Source: a virus. Taken from it: 64,000 bases of DNA. A program made the translations under genes and the position numbers. The stretch spans positions 1-64,000 of the IMG/VR virus record IMGVR_UViG_3300045741_000623; one strand, 5' to 3'. Under the pieces are notes generated by a model. It saw nothing but the letters and a program-made list of their open reading frames with translations, did no database searches and was not told where the DNA came from. Positions 1 to 9,064 of the stretch are shown piece by piece. Position 1 is the stretch's first letter. Each line of letters begins with the position of its first letter.

Positions 1-53
1 TTAAAAAAAAACGCCCCTTCAATCCGTCCGAGATAAAATCAAAGAAGCACGTC

Positions 54-335
54 TTGCAAGTGTTCCAATACGACCGTCGCCCGCCAAAACCGGCCAAGGA
101 CGAAAGTGTTGCGGTCGCTAAATCAATTTCCGGCGAGGCTGCTGGTGTTGGTCTCGTTGGTACTCGCGGGACAGGCGCAGACGCCGGGACGCTTGCGCCT
201 GTTCCCGCACCCCAGCCGGAACCGACCAGCGAGTTTGTTCCAGCGACCGCCAAGAAATCGTTCAAGATGCCCGTGCTGAAGAAAACTGAATCGCGGTCGC
301 TTTCCGGTGGAACGCCAATCACCGACGAGGAATAA
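54..335 (+). CDS. hypothetical protein (start uncertain)
   Basis: TTG-initiated 93-aa ORF. The same frame has no stop back to nt 3, so the gene could begin upstream of the window. Its TAA overlaps the next ATG by 1 nt (TAATG). Pro/Ala/Gly-rich, no motif recognised. Confidence 0.35.
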   Translation: MQVFQYDRRPPKPAKDESVAVAKSISGEAAGVGLVGTRGTGADAGTLAPVPAPQPEPTSEFVPATAKKSFKMPVLKKTESRSLSGGTPITDEE

Positions 336-2377
336 TGGTTACCTTTCTCCAGTTGAAGAATCTGATTCGGTTGCGCGTTTTTCCTGCGGGCGAAGCGCGC
401 AACCTCAGAATCGCGCATGACAAGTCCATCGTTGACGCCTTGATCGACTTGCAACGGTGGGTTCAATGTCTTCAGAACAAGAATTATTTTCTCGCGCCCC
501 ACTGCGCCACCTTCTTCAACTGCGGACTGACTTCGTTCGATTTTCCGCGCGGCATAATCAAGAAACTGTCCGTGGTGTCGAATGTCAAATCCGGCAGCAC
601 AGCAAGCGGCTCAAGCGGGAATGGCTCTTCCAACGGAGGTTCGACCGTTTCACCCGGAACCGTGGTTGCCACCGTCAATGACTCCATCGCAATCTTTGCC
701 GCGCCGAAATCGCTTCAGACGTTGTATGCGGTCGTATCGGACCAAACATTCGAGGTCGCCGTGACGATGGCCGGTCAGAACTGCGGTGGACCAGCTAAAT
801 CACAAAATGTTCGGACTACGATCGACTACACCGACGTCAATGGCGACGCCAAAACAATTCAGGTTGGTCAAGAGTGTCACCTGAACGAATGCAATGTTCA
901 GGGAATTGCGACTATTGCCGTAAAAGGCGGGACAACGATCCATTACACGCTCACACCGACGAACGTCCCGTTTACTGATGGCGGTGTCAATGTTGGGATC
1001 ACAGTCACGGCAGCCAGCAGTAACTCCGCTGTATCAAGCTCAGGCAGCACGACCAGCGCAACCAGCACAACGGCGGCGACCCAGGGCGGCGAATGGTGCG
1101 ACGAGATCGTTTACGATCAAGTCGAACCGTGCGACATTCAGGGGTACCTCTCCGAAAGCCGACGTTGCGGATTCTGCTACGACATCTCGGCGTTCTTCGC
1201 CATACCAAGCGCGTTGTGCGGGAACAAGACGACCATCCCGACACCGACCGACGTAGGTTTGGATCCCAAGCTTCCACCATTGCCGTTGGGTTATCATTAC
1301 CCCCAGGAATCAACCGATTCGAAATATGGTCGCGCCAAAGCAGGCGTGTGGGCGATCGAAGGCGGACGCGTTTACGTGGCTCCGTGGATTCAATCAACGG
1401 AGACTGTCGTGGCGAAATGGCAGGGCATCAAACGCGACTGGCAGGACACCGACGTTGTTGACGATGATCCGGGTTTATTCCGCGCGATCGAAGCCTACTT
1501 GCGCTGGGAACACGCTCGGGATTGGGATTCGGACCTGAACAAGACTCAAATCTACGAGATCGAATATCGCAAGGCGCTGGCGGACTTGATTTACGATTGC
1601 GCGGAGGAAAATCGCGTGCGCAGTTGCGAGCCAAGTTTGGCGCGAGCCACCGCGCCAGCCGATGCCGACCGATTTACGCCAGATGAACCGCAGACCCCGC
1701 CCGTGATCCCGCCTGTGATAATCCCAACCGAATTCTGGAACGACATCGACGCCGTTGCCACGATTACTTGTGCGAGTTTGCAGGAAGCAAGCGCGCCCGA
1801 GCCAACCGGTGCTGGAGTCACGGTAACGGTCAAGGCGCATACCGTGCATTCAACTTCGGTCGAAGCGGCAAATCTGCTGGCCCAGCAGACTGCCGACGCT
1901 CTAGCCCAGGCCCAGATCGCCGGGAAATGCACATTCTATAATCGAGCGGTAACGCGAACTGCCCATTGCCCAAACAACGATGGACCAGATGTGGATGCGA
2001 CCGTGCTTGAAGGTTTGCATTCCTCGACGGATTCTCAAGCGTTGGCCGACAGCATTGCCGCAGCGCAAGCGCAATTGGACGCGAACGCCCTCCTGCAATG
2101 CGGCGGGGTTGACGCGCACCTCTATTGGAACGCCTATTATGACAACTCAGCGGTTATCCAGTGTACGAGTGGCCACGTTGCTTGTCAGTACGTCCTCACG
2201 TTCTTCATGCCGGCGCACAAGATTTCATCGACAATTCCAGGCGATGCGGATGCCCAGTGCCGGGCCCGAGTTGATCTCAAAGTCCAGCAGGCAAAAGCCA
2301 AAGGTTGCACAAATCCAACTTGGTGCGGGAAAATCTTGCCGAACATCGAAGTGACGCCCATTGGCAACATAAAATGA
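335..2377 (+). CDS. virion-associated structural protein candidate with Ser/Thr-rich linkers and C-terminal Cys-bounded repeat modules
   Basis: 680-aa ORF. Two Ser/Thr/Gly-rich tracts (SGSTASGSSGNGSSNGGSTVS at ~nt 581-665; AASSNSAVSSSGSTTSATSTTAAT at ~nt 1000-1075) flank a beta-rich insert. The C-terminal third (~nt 1730-2377) holds three Cys-bounded modules with an S-x-x-(E/Q)-A...A...A signature. No enzyme motifs. Translationally coupled to the adhesin-like gene downstream. Confidence 0.5.
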   Translation: MVTFLQLKNLIRLRVFPAGEARNLRIAHDKSIVDALIDLQRWVQCLQNKNYFLAPHCATFFNCGLTSFDFPRGIIKKLSVVSNVKSGSTASGSSGNGSSNGGSTVSPGTVVATVNDSIAIFAAPKSLQTLYAVVSDQTFEVAVTMAGQNCGGPAKSQNVRTTIDYTDVNGDAKTIQVGQECHLNECNVQGIATIAVKGGTTIHYTLTPTNVPFTDGGVNVGITVTAASSNSAVSSSGSTTSATSTTAATQGGEWCDEIVYDQVEPCDIQGYLSESRRCGFCYDISAFFAIPSALCGNKTTIPTPTDVGLDPKLPPLPLGYHYPQESTDSKYGRAKAGVWAIEGGRVYVAPWIQSTETVVAKWQGIKRDWQDTDVVDDDPGLFRAIEAYLRWEHARDWDSDLNKTQIYEIEYRKALADLIYDCAEENRVRSCEPSLARATAPADADRFTPDEPQTPPVIPPVIIPTEFWNDIDAVATITCASLQEASAPEPTGAGVTVTVKAHTVHSTSVEAANLLAQQTADALAQAQIAGKCTFYNRAVTRTAHCPNNDGPDVDATVLEGLHSSTDSQALADSIAAAQAQLDANALLQCGGVDAHLYWNAYYDNSAVIQCTSGHVACQYVLTFFMPAHKISSTIPGDADAQCRARVDLKVQQAKAKGCTNPTWCGKILPNIEVTPIGNIK

Positions 2378-4866
2378 CATTGAACCTTGGCGAATTGAAA
2401 ATTGCTCAGTGCGTGAACGTGCCTCCCGGCCCGGATGCCCGTTGCGATGATCCCGCTTTTTCATTGGCGAATCCGGACCTCTGCCCGCAAGAACAACGGT
2501 TCATTATCAAACCTGGCATCGCAATCGTATGTTCACTCGGCAGCGTTGCTTTCTCGGCGTTCATTGTGGAAAACGGAGTTGAACGGGACGTGACAACCGA
2601 CACCGCCTTTTCCACTTCGGACCCGTCAATCCTTGTCATCACCGCAAACACCGGATTGGCAACCGGCATGACCCCCGGGGAAGCGGTTGTCACGGCCAAG
2701 TATCAGGATGTAACTGCGCAATCACCGGTCACAGTTCTTGCCGGCTCGAAATGTTGCGACGATGAAACAGTCGCGATCATGGTCATGGTCGATCAAACCC
2801 ATTCCATGAGTCAGACTTTCCCTGATTATTCCACCAAACTTGGCTACGCGAAGACGGCGGCAATTGCTCTGATTGACAGTGTGAACGAGCAGAAAGACAA
2901 GGTGGGTCTGATGCGGTTCACCAAGGACGCCCAGGTAGTGCTCTCCGTGCCCACGGCGGACAAAGGCACGGTCGCCGCGTTGGTGCCCGGGATCGCGCAA
3001 ACCCAAGTCAAAACCGAATTCTACGAGGCGCTTGCGACGGGAATTGCCACCCTTGACCTGACGGATGCTGATCGAAAAGTTCTCGTTCTATTTACCGACG
3101 GCGAGGATATGGCCGCAAGTTACACCACGAAAAATCCTCTCCAATTGGCCAGCGATTTCAAAGCCGCCGGTGGCATCGTGTTTTGTGTCGGCGCCCGGGC
3201 CCATGGTTCGGGATACAACTTTTTGTCGGCGCTCGCAACGGGCGGATTTTTCATCAATGCCCACAAGGATACGGCGGCGCAAACGTTGGGGTACATGATC
3301 GGTTTGAAGGGTTACATCTGCGGCGGCAATTGCGTGGAAGTTGGGGACGTGAACGATTATCGCGGTAACCTGTGCCACAAGAGCCTGAACTATTGGGACA
3401 TTCTCGATCCGCAAAACAAGTTCGGACTGCCCAACAATCCTGGGGCGGGTTTCATCGCCGCCGAGATTTATCCCACCATTGCGGACATTCAGCGTGGATC
3501 ACTCTACGTCACTGAAGGGCTCAAGCCGGGCGTCGATCTTATCGGAAATGGATTCTTCGATTACCTTCCATTGAACGGGTTGTATGTCGATTTACTTTCT
3601 GAATGTCAGGACGGCACGACGCCGCAGCCGATGCTGATGACGAAGGACGCGTTTCAACTCACCCAAGGGACTTGGTATAAGGTCCGGATCAAGGTCGCCG
3701 GCCCGCAGATCATTGCTGATGATGGCAATTATGTGGCGCCAAGTGTTGTCGTCGGGTTGGTCTCGTGCGACTCAGGCGATTACGTGCTGTTGGAGTCGGT
3801 GAAGATTCAGGATTACAAACAGGATTTCACCAACTACACATTCACGTTTCAAGCGCCCGCGACCGAGTTGGTCAAGCTGACCGTTCATCAAGATGCGATT
3901 TGGGTCGGTTCGGAAACGTCGGACAACCAGTTGCACGGAATTTTGCTGAAGGAAGTTGAACTCCGGGAGGTGACCGGCGTTCCCCTTTTCTTCGACAATT
4001 TCAACACGGAGAACCCGACTTACGTCGGCCCCAAGTGCGGTCAAGGAACTGTCTGGACCGTCATCGGGCAATACGATTCTGAAGGGCAAACCTTCTTGGA
4101 CTACGGCTACATGGCTGGCTACGACTGTTACGGCGATGGGTGTCTCGACACGCCGCCGATTGCGCAGTCGCAGGACCCGAAGCCGCTTCCTAACCTCGAA
4201 GCCGGCACTGGTGGAGGCATTTTCTACTCAACGCAAACCGCGTGCGCACCCGCTTGTCCGAAGGATCATGTCAACATTGGCCAGCCGCTCAGTTTTACGA
4301 CTCCAGCCGGAGGCGAAGTGTACGAAACCCGAATTCGCCTCAGCGCGGCTGCCGCTATCAAATTCTGGAAGGTGAAATTCAAGCGTGACTGGTCCGAGGC
4401 TCTTGAATCCAATCCGGTTCCATTGACACTTCAGGGGTCGAATAACGGAACAGTCTGGACTGAGATTGATACGCAACCGCAGGTTACCGGTGGAATTGCC
4501 GAGCTTGAATTGTTTTACGTGCTGGCAGCCGAGACTACCCCGTACACGTATTATCAAGCCAACCTTGGGCCGGGAACTCCGAGTGGAACGGCAAAGGTTT
4601 TAGGGTTGGAAGTTTACGCCGCGCCGCCAGACCCGGTTTGCAAGACTGCCACGGCGGTTGGCGCCACGCCGTCGCAGGCGATTTCCAATGCGCTGCAAGC
4701 TGCGATCAACGCCTCCGTCGCGCAGCAACATTGCCTTCGAGTTTACACCGCCACCGAGGTTTACCAAGCGGACGACGGGACAACGCAATCCGCCGTCGGC
4801 TCCAGCCTCAACAGCGAAGCCGAAGCCCAGGCTATCGCCGCCGCGAAAGCCGCCACCGCCGCTTGA
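2374..4866 (+). CDS. adhesin / tail-fibre-like protein with Big_2-like Ig, von Willebrand factor A and discoidin-like regions
   Basis: The ORF track starts at 2305, but the in-frame ATG at 2374 forms an ATGA overlap with the upstream stop. Big_2-like segment: VTTDTAFSTSDPSILVITANTGLATGMTPGEAVVTAKY. vWA-like region with a MIDAS-type DxTxS: VMVDQTHSMS ... VGLMRFTKDAQVV ... LVLFTDGEDMA. C-terminal galactose-binding/discoidin-like stretch: FWKVKFKRDW...LTLQGSNNGTVWTEID. Confidence 0.6.
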   Translation: MTLNLGELKIAQCVNVPPGPDARCDDPAFSLANPDLCPQEQRFIIKPGIAIVCSLGSVAFSAFIVENGVERDVTTDTAFSTSDPSILVITANTGLATGMTPGEAVVTAKYQDVTAQSPVTVLAGSKCCDDETVAIMVMVDQTHSMSQTFPDYSTKLGYAKTAAIALIDSVNEQKDKVGLMRFTKDAQVVLSVPTADKGTVAALVPGIAQTQVKTEFYEALATGIATLDLTDADRKVLVLFTDGEDMAASYTTKNPLQLASDFKAAGGIVFCVGARAHGSGYNFLSALATGGFFINAHKDTAAQTLGYMIGLKGYICGGNCVEVGDVNDYRGNLCHKSLNYWDILDPQNKFGLPNNPGAGFIAAEIYPTIADIQRGSLYVTEGLKPGVDLIGNGFFDYLPLNGLYVDLLSECQDGTTPQPMLMTKDAFQLTQGTWYKVRIKVAGPQIIADDGNYVAPSVVVGLVSCDSGDYVLLESVKIQDYKQDFTNYTFTFQAPATELVKLTVHQDAIWVGSETSDNQLHGILLKEVELREVTGVPLFFDNFNTENPTYVGPKCGQGTVWTVIGQYDSEGQTFLDYGYMAGYDCYGDGCLDTPPIAQSQDPKPLPNLEAGTGGGIFYSTQTACAPACPKDHVNIGQPLSFTTPAGGEVYETRIRLSAAAAIKFWKVKFKRDWSEALESNPVPLTLQGSNNGTVWTEIDTQPQVTGGIAELELFYVLAAETTPYTYYQANLGPGTPSGTAKVLGLEVYAAPPDPVCKTATAVGATPSQAISNALQAAINASVAQQHCLRVYTATEVYQADDGTTQSAVGSSLNSEAEAQAIAAAKAATAA

Positions 4867-4895
4867 TGCGGCTGCCATTTTTGGCAACTGCGTTG

Positions 4896-4924
4896 TTGAC
4901 AGCACTTGGGCCGGATTGTATTTT
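4896..4924 (+). promoter_or_regulatory. sigma70-like promoter candidate (TTGACA-N17-TATTTT)
   Basis: TTGACA at 4896-4901, an exact 17-nt spacer, then TATTTT at 4919-4924. It ends only 6 nt before the ATG at 4931, which implies a leaderless or near-leaderless transcript. The host promoter consensus is unknown. Confidence 0.3.
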
Positions 4925-4930
4925 TGTGAC

Positions 4931-5173
4931 ATGAAAGTTCAATCGCTGCCGCCAGAGGTGCCGCCGGAGAATGTGCCAGTGTTGCTTGATCCCTGCCCGT
5001 TTTGCGGAAAAGCGCCGAGGCTCTTGACGAGGCGGCGAAATGTTTTCGCGCTACTGGCTGGCTTCCCAGCCACAATCTACAAGGTCCATTGCGACCATTG
5101 CGAAGCAAGGTGTCCTGGCCCGTGGCGAACGTCGAAGGCGTTTGAAATCTCAACTTGGAATCATCGCGCATGA
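4931..5173 (+). CDS. Lar-family restriction alleviation protein-like zinc-ribbon protein
   Basis: 80 aa. CPFCG ... HCDHC zinc ribbon and a C-terminal ISTWNHRA. This CPFCG / V-x-C-x-x-C / WN-x-R-A pattern is what I associate with Lar-family proteins. The upstream part of the 4658 ORF is Pro/Arg-rich out-of-frame junk. ATGA overlap with the next gene. Confidence 0.55.
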   Translation: MKVQSLPPEVPPENVPVLLDPCPFCGKAPRLLTRRRNVFALLAGFPATIYKVHCDHCEARCPGPWRTSKAFEISTWNHRA

Positions 5174-7476
5174 CGATTACCTGCATGACCCTGACTTACG
5201 GCAGGGTTGAACGTCTGAACGAATGTCTCGAATCCTTTTTGCGGCAGGATTACGCCGACAAACGAATGGTGATTTTGAACACTTGCCCCCAGCAAGTTTT
5301 GCTTGGCCAATTTCCAAACGTGGAAATTTACAATCTGGCGGAACGCCCGCCCAATTTGGGTGCTGCCCGCAACTTGGCGGTTGACCGTTGCCCCGAAGGT
5401 TTGATTTGCACACTGGATGACGACGATCTTGCCTTGCCACATTACCTGAGCGTTTACGCGCGCGAACTGGTCGACCACCCAAAAGCTGAATGGGTATGGA
5501 TCGACAAGATGTTTTACGCCGAGAAGTGGCAAATCAAAAAATTGTCTGCTGGCGCGATGAACACGTTTGCGTTTACCAAGGAAGCATGGAGAAAAATCGG
5601 CGGCTACAATCCGCTCAATGTCGGTGAAGATCGAGATTTCGTTGGGCGAATGTGCGCCGCCAGTCCGGGGCGATACGTGAAAATTCTCCCCGAAGATGCG
5701 GGCTATATTTACTGTTGGGCGAACAACGTCTATCACGTCTCCGGACTTGGTGATCAAGGCGAAAAAAGTGCGTGGGAACGCGCCCGTAGGGATTTGCAGC
5801 AGCGTTTCCAGCGGCGGCAAGAGCTCGTGGGTCGGATTGAGTTGAATCCGGGCTGGAGACAGGACTATGCGAAGCAAGCAGCATCATTCGTCGCGCGCAC
5901 GCGGCCACCTAGCACGCCGGAAACAAAACCAGTCGCCGGCAATAAGCTCTGCATCGTCTTACTCGGAAGATACGGCGACATCATCAACATCCTGCCGGTC
6001 GCAAAGTTGATCTCTGAACGTCACGGGAAACCTTATTTCATCGTGAGTCGGCAGTTCGCCGATGTCCTCGACGGAGTCAGCTACGTTAATCCTGTCCCGG
6101 TGGACCTGAATTTCGACGCCATCAACGACGCCATCGACTTTGCCCATCGGAATTATGACATCGTTCTCAACGCGCAGATTTACGGCAAGAATTTCAAAAG
6201 CGAACGATCGACACCCGCCTTCAACGTGGAAAGTTGGAGACAGATCGGATTTGGAAGCCGGTTCTCGGATTTTACATTGTCCCCAGTATTTGACCGACGT
6301 GACCGAGACCAGGAGCAATCCATTTGCTCGAAGCTCGGCGACAAACCGTTGCTGTTGTTCAAGCTGACTGGCGGCATTTCATCGCCGTTCAAGCACGCGC
6401 AGCGGATGATCCAGCAACTCACCGCAAGATTCTCCGGGAGATTTTCACTTGTCGATCTTAGCCGGCTTCGTTGTGACCGGATTTATCATTTGCTCGGCGT
6501 AATGGACAAGGCAGCCGCCCTGCTCACCATTGATACGTCCATTTTACATCTTGCCACCGGCTCGACTGTGCCGGTTGTGGTTCTCACCAACTCCGCACCC
6601 TGGCTTGCGTCGCTCCCGAGATTTTTTTGCGCGAAATTCTCCTACACTGAGGCGGAGAAAAATCCTGAATCGGTTCTTGAAGCCCTGGAGGGCGCAATCC
6701 AAACCGGGCCGCGCCCATTGCTTTTCACCGTGTCATTGCTACCACCGAAGAGGAATTTGTTTCACGCGGTAGAACGCCATTTCACGCTGAACGACAAACG
6801 CAGGCAGACCGCCACTGTATCATGGGAACAACTCTACACCCAAGGCGTTTTTCCATGCCATTATTTCAAATACGCTCGCACGGCGAAGGCAATTTGCGAT
6901 CCTCGCGAGCTACCCTATCTGAAGGACGTTTTGAAGAACGCAATGAATCAAGCGAGCGACGCCGACATTATTATGTTTACGAACGACGACAACGTTCTCC
7001 ATCCGAATTTGCCGGGTTATCTGCGCTATCACGTTTCGGTTCATGGCCCTTGTTCCGCTCGGAGACGGGAACTGCGCGAGCCGATTCCGGACCTTTCGCA
7101 ACCTCCATCTGTGCTTGCAACGAAGGGTGTTGACCACGCTGGGCGCGATCTTTTCGCTTTCACGAAGCAGTGGTTGGTTGAAAAGTGGGACGAAATTCCG
7201 GACTTCATTCTTGGGGCATCGGATTGGGATTGGTGCATTGCCGCCATGATCCGGGTGCATCACGGCATCACGACGACGCGCAAGAACATCGAGCAAGCGA
7301 TTTTGCCGGCGGAAATACCCGATGGCTACGTGCTTCATCAATTCCACCCTCCGAGATGGATGGCCCCACACAACAATTTAGTCGCTGCCAGCCAAAGACA
7401 TAATCGGCGACTATTTAGCGAATGGGCGGCGGTAAACCTTCCGACGCTCGCCTTTGACAAGGACAACAGAATATGA
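5170..7476 (+). CDS. three-domain glycosyltransferase (GT2-like + GT9 heptosyltransferase-like + GT-A-like)
   Basis: In-frame ATG at 5170 gives an ATGA overlap. N-terminal GT-A/GT2-like region: MTLTYGRVERLNECLESFLRQDY ... CTLDDDD. Central GT9-like region: KLCIVLLGRYGDIINILPVAKLI ... LLTIDTSILHLATGSTVPVVVL. C-terminal GT-A-like region with DxD: DADIIMFTNDDNVLHP. Confidence 0.6.
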   Translation: MTITCMTLTYGRVERLNECLESFLRQDYADKRMVILNTCPQQVLLGQFPNVEIYNLAERPPNLGAARNLAVDRCPEGLICTLDDDDLALPHYLSVYARELVDHPKAEWVWIDKMFYAEKWQIKKLSAGAMNTFAFTKEAWRKIGGYNPLNVGEDRDFVGRMCAASPGRYVKILPEDAGYIYCWANNVYHVSGLGDQGEKSAWERARRDLQQRFQRRQELVGRIELNPGWRQDYAKQAASFVARTRPPSTPETKPVAGNKLCIVLLGRYGDIINILPVAKLISERHGKPYFIVSRQFADVLDGVSYVNPVPVDLNFDAINDAIDFAHRNYDIVLNAQIYGKNFKSERSTPAFNVESWRQIGFGSRFSDFTLSPVFDRRDRDQEQSICSKLGDKPLLLFKLTGGISSPFKHAQRMIQQLTARFSGRFSLVDLSRLRCDRIYHLLGVMDKAAALLTIDTSILHLATGSTVPVVVLTNSAPWLASLPRFFCAKFSYTEAEKNPESVLEALEGAIQTGPRPLLFTVSLLPPKRNLFHAVERHFTLNDKRRQTATVSWEQLYTQGVFPCHYFKYARTAKAICDPRELPYLKDVLKNAMNQASDADIIMFTNDDNVLHPNLPGYLRYHVSVHGPCSARRRELREPIPDLSQPPSVLATKGVDHAGRDLFAFTKQWLVEKWDEIPDFILGASDWDWCIAAMIRVHHGITTTRKNIEQAILPAEIPDGYVLHQFHPPRWMAPHNNLVAASQRHNRRLFSEWAAVNLPTLAFDKDNRI

Positions 7477-8036
7477 ACAGCAAGCTTATCGACGAAGTTA
7501 CAAACTTGGCCGGCTTTCTCCGGGCGACGACGATCCGCGCCGCCGCCACGTTCATCCTCGAAAACAACCTGCGAAACATTGTCGAGACGGGCTGCTATCG
7601 GGGCAACCCGGCAGACGGTAATTCAACGCTGATCTTCGCTATGCTCGTGAAGGAACTCAGTGGACAATTTAACAGTTACGATGTTTGCCCCAGTAATTGT
7701 GATAAGGCGATGGAGATGCTAAGCGCCAATGATCTCCCCGGATTTGTCACGCTACGTGACTCCGTGTTGGCTCTTGGCGAGCTAAACTCTGCCAGAGTTG
7801 ATTTCGTGTACCTCGATTCTTACGATCACGACCCGGGCAATCCGGGTCCTTGCCAACGGCACGAACTGGCTGAGATTGGAGCGGTTTATCACGCGCTGCG
7901 GACTCCGTGCGGCATATTACTTGACGACTGTATCCCTGAAACGGGCGGGAAAACCTTGTTGGGCGCGAAGTTTTTGGAAGATCGCGGTTGGAAACTGATC
8001 GCGCAGGGTTATCAACTTTTGTACGTGAGAACGTGA
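7473..8036 (+). CDS. class I SAM-dependent methyltransferase-like protein
   Basis: 187 aa. Motif I-like IVETGCYRGNPADGNSTLIFA and an acidic strand VDFVYLDSYDHD, typical of small O-methyltransferase-type Rossmann folds. ATGA overlap with the upstream gene. Confidence 0.55.
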   Translation: MNSKLIDEVTNLAGFLRATTIRAAATFILENNLRNIVETGCYRGNPADGNSTLIFAMLVKELSGQFNSYDVCPSNCDKAMEMLSANDLPGFVTLRDSVLALGELNSARVDFVYLDSYDHDPGNPGPCQRHELAEIGAVYHALRTPCGILLDDCIPETGGKTLLGAKFLEDRGWKLIAQGYQLLYVRT

Positions 8037-8046
8037 GGAAGAAACC

Positions 8047-8817
8047 ATGCTAAACGTTTTCACGATCGTACTGGATGGAATGCCCTTCATTGGTTCGCAT
8101 TTGCCGATCCTAAACACGCTCAAGATTGACTGGCGCTGGGTGATTGCCGAAGGCGCAGCGATGAACGTCAGGGACACGGGTTGGTGTCGGGAACAGACAC
8201 CAAGGTTAAGCACCGACGGCACGACAAGCTTTCTGAAGGGAATCCGGAGTCATCCCAGGATAACGGTCCTGCAAGCGAACCGTTGGGACGGCAAGGTGGA
8301 AATGGTCAACGCATGCCTTGCCGCGTTTAATAAGCCCGGTGTCCTGCTGCAAATGGATTCAGACGAAATGTGGACGGCGGAACAACTCGTTGGCTTGATG
8401 GATTTCTTCCATGCCTACGAAGTCAAAAGCGCACGGTTTCTCTGCCGTTACTTTGTTGGGCCGAATCTGATTATCACGAGTCGAAACACGTATGGCAATC
8501 GTCCGGGTGAATGGCATCGCGCGTGGCGATTTGAGCCGGGAATGGAATTCATATCGCATGAACCACCGCGATTGAACGCTGTCACCGAACCATGCGCAAC
8601 CCGGGAGCAAACGGAAGAATGCGGTTTGGTCTTCGAGCATTACGCCTACGTTTTGCAAAAGCAGGTGGCATACAAGGAAGATTACTACGGCTACCACAAC
8701 GCCGTTCAACACTGGTTGGAATTGCAAGCGGATGGATACTTTCCGGGTTTCAAAGCGAAGCTTGCGGATTACCTTCCCTGGGTAAAAGACGATGCCATTG
8801 TTGAATCCCTGCATTGA
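8047..8817 (+). CDS. GT-A fold glycosyltransferase-like protein
   Basis: 256 aa. N-terminal LNVFTIVLDGMPFI strand and a DxD-like LQMDSDEMW. It sits inside a glycosyltransferase block. The assignment is weak. Confidence 0.4.
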   Translation: MLNVFTIVLDGMPFIGSHLPILNTLKIDWRWVIAEGAAMNVRDTGWCREQTPRLSTDGTTSFLKGIRSHPRITVLQANRWDGKVEMVNACLAAFNKPGVLLQMDSDEMWTAEQLVGLMDFFHAYEVKSARFLCRYFVGPNLIITSRNTYGNRPGEWHRAWRFEPGMEFISHEPPRLNAVTEPCATREQTEECGLVFEHYAYVLQKQVAYKEDYYGYHNAVQHWLELQADGYFPGFKAKLADYLPWVKDDAIVESLH

Positions 8818-8818
8818 A

Positions 8819-9064
8819 ATGGACAGCACAATTATCCCCGAGTCCGATCGGAAGCTTGTCGCTCACGCGGTAGAACGGTTGCTGGAACATTTCGACAGCG
8901 TCCGGATATTTGTAACCCGGCACGATGGCGACAAGGACACAACCGTTGGTTATAGTCGCGGTGGCGGGAATTTTTACGCTCAGCGCGGACAAATAACCGA
9001 ATGGACCAATCAGCAACAACAAATTGAGTCCTCTCCGCAAGTAGACGAGAACGAAGACGAATGA
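8819..9064 (+). CDS. hypothetical protein
   Basis: 81 aa from the ATG at 8819, 1 nt after the upstream TGA. The ORF-track start at 8792 would overlap 26 nt. ATGA overlap with the downstream gene. No motif recognised. Confidence 0.45.
   Translation: MDSTIIPESDRKLVAHAVERLLEHFDSVRIFVTRHDGDKDTTVGYSRGGGNFYAQRGQITEWTNQQQQIESSPQVDENEDE

Noticed and set aside
2305-2373. Upstream extensions of ORF-track starts (2305, 4658, 5155, 30835, 34537, 37857, 38933, 44558, 44818, 45254, 47686, 48056, 51715, 51972, 53127, 53699, 56941, 57557, 57970, 62691).
   Set aside because: In each case an in-frame ATG/GTG exactly at, or just after, the upstream stop gives the ATGA/GTGA coupling seen throughout. The rejected N-terminal extension overlaps the preceding gene and looks non-protein-like.
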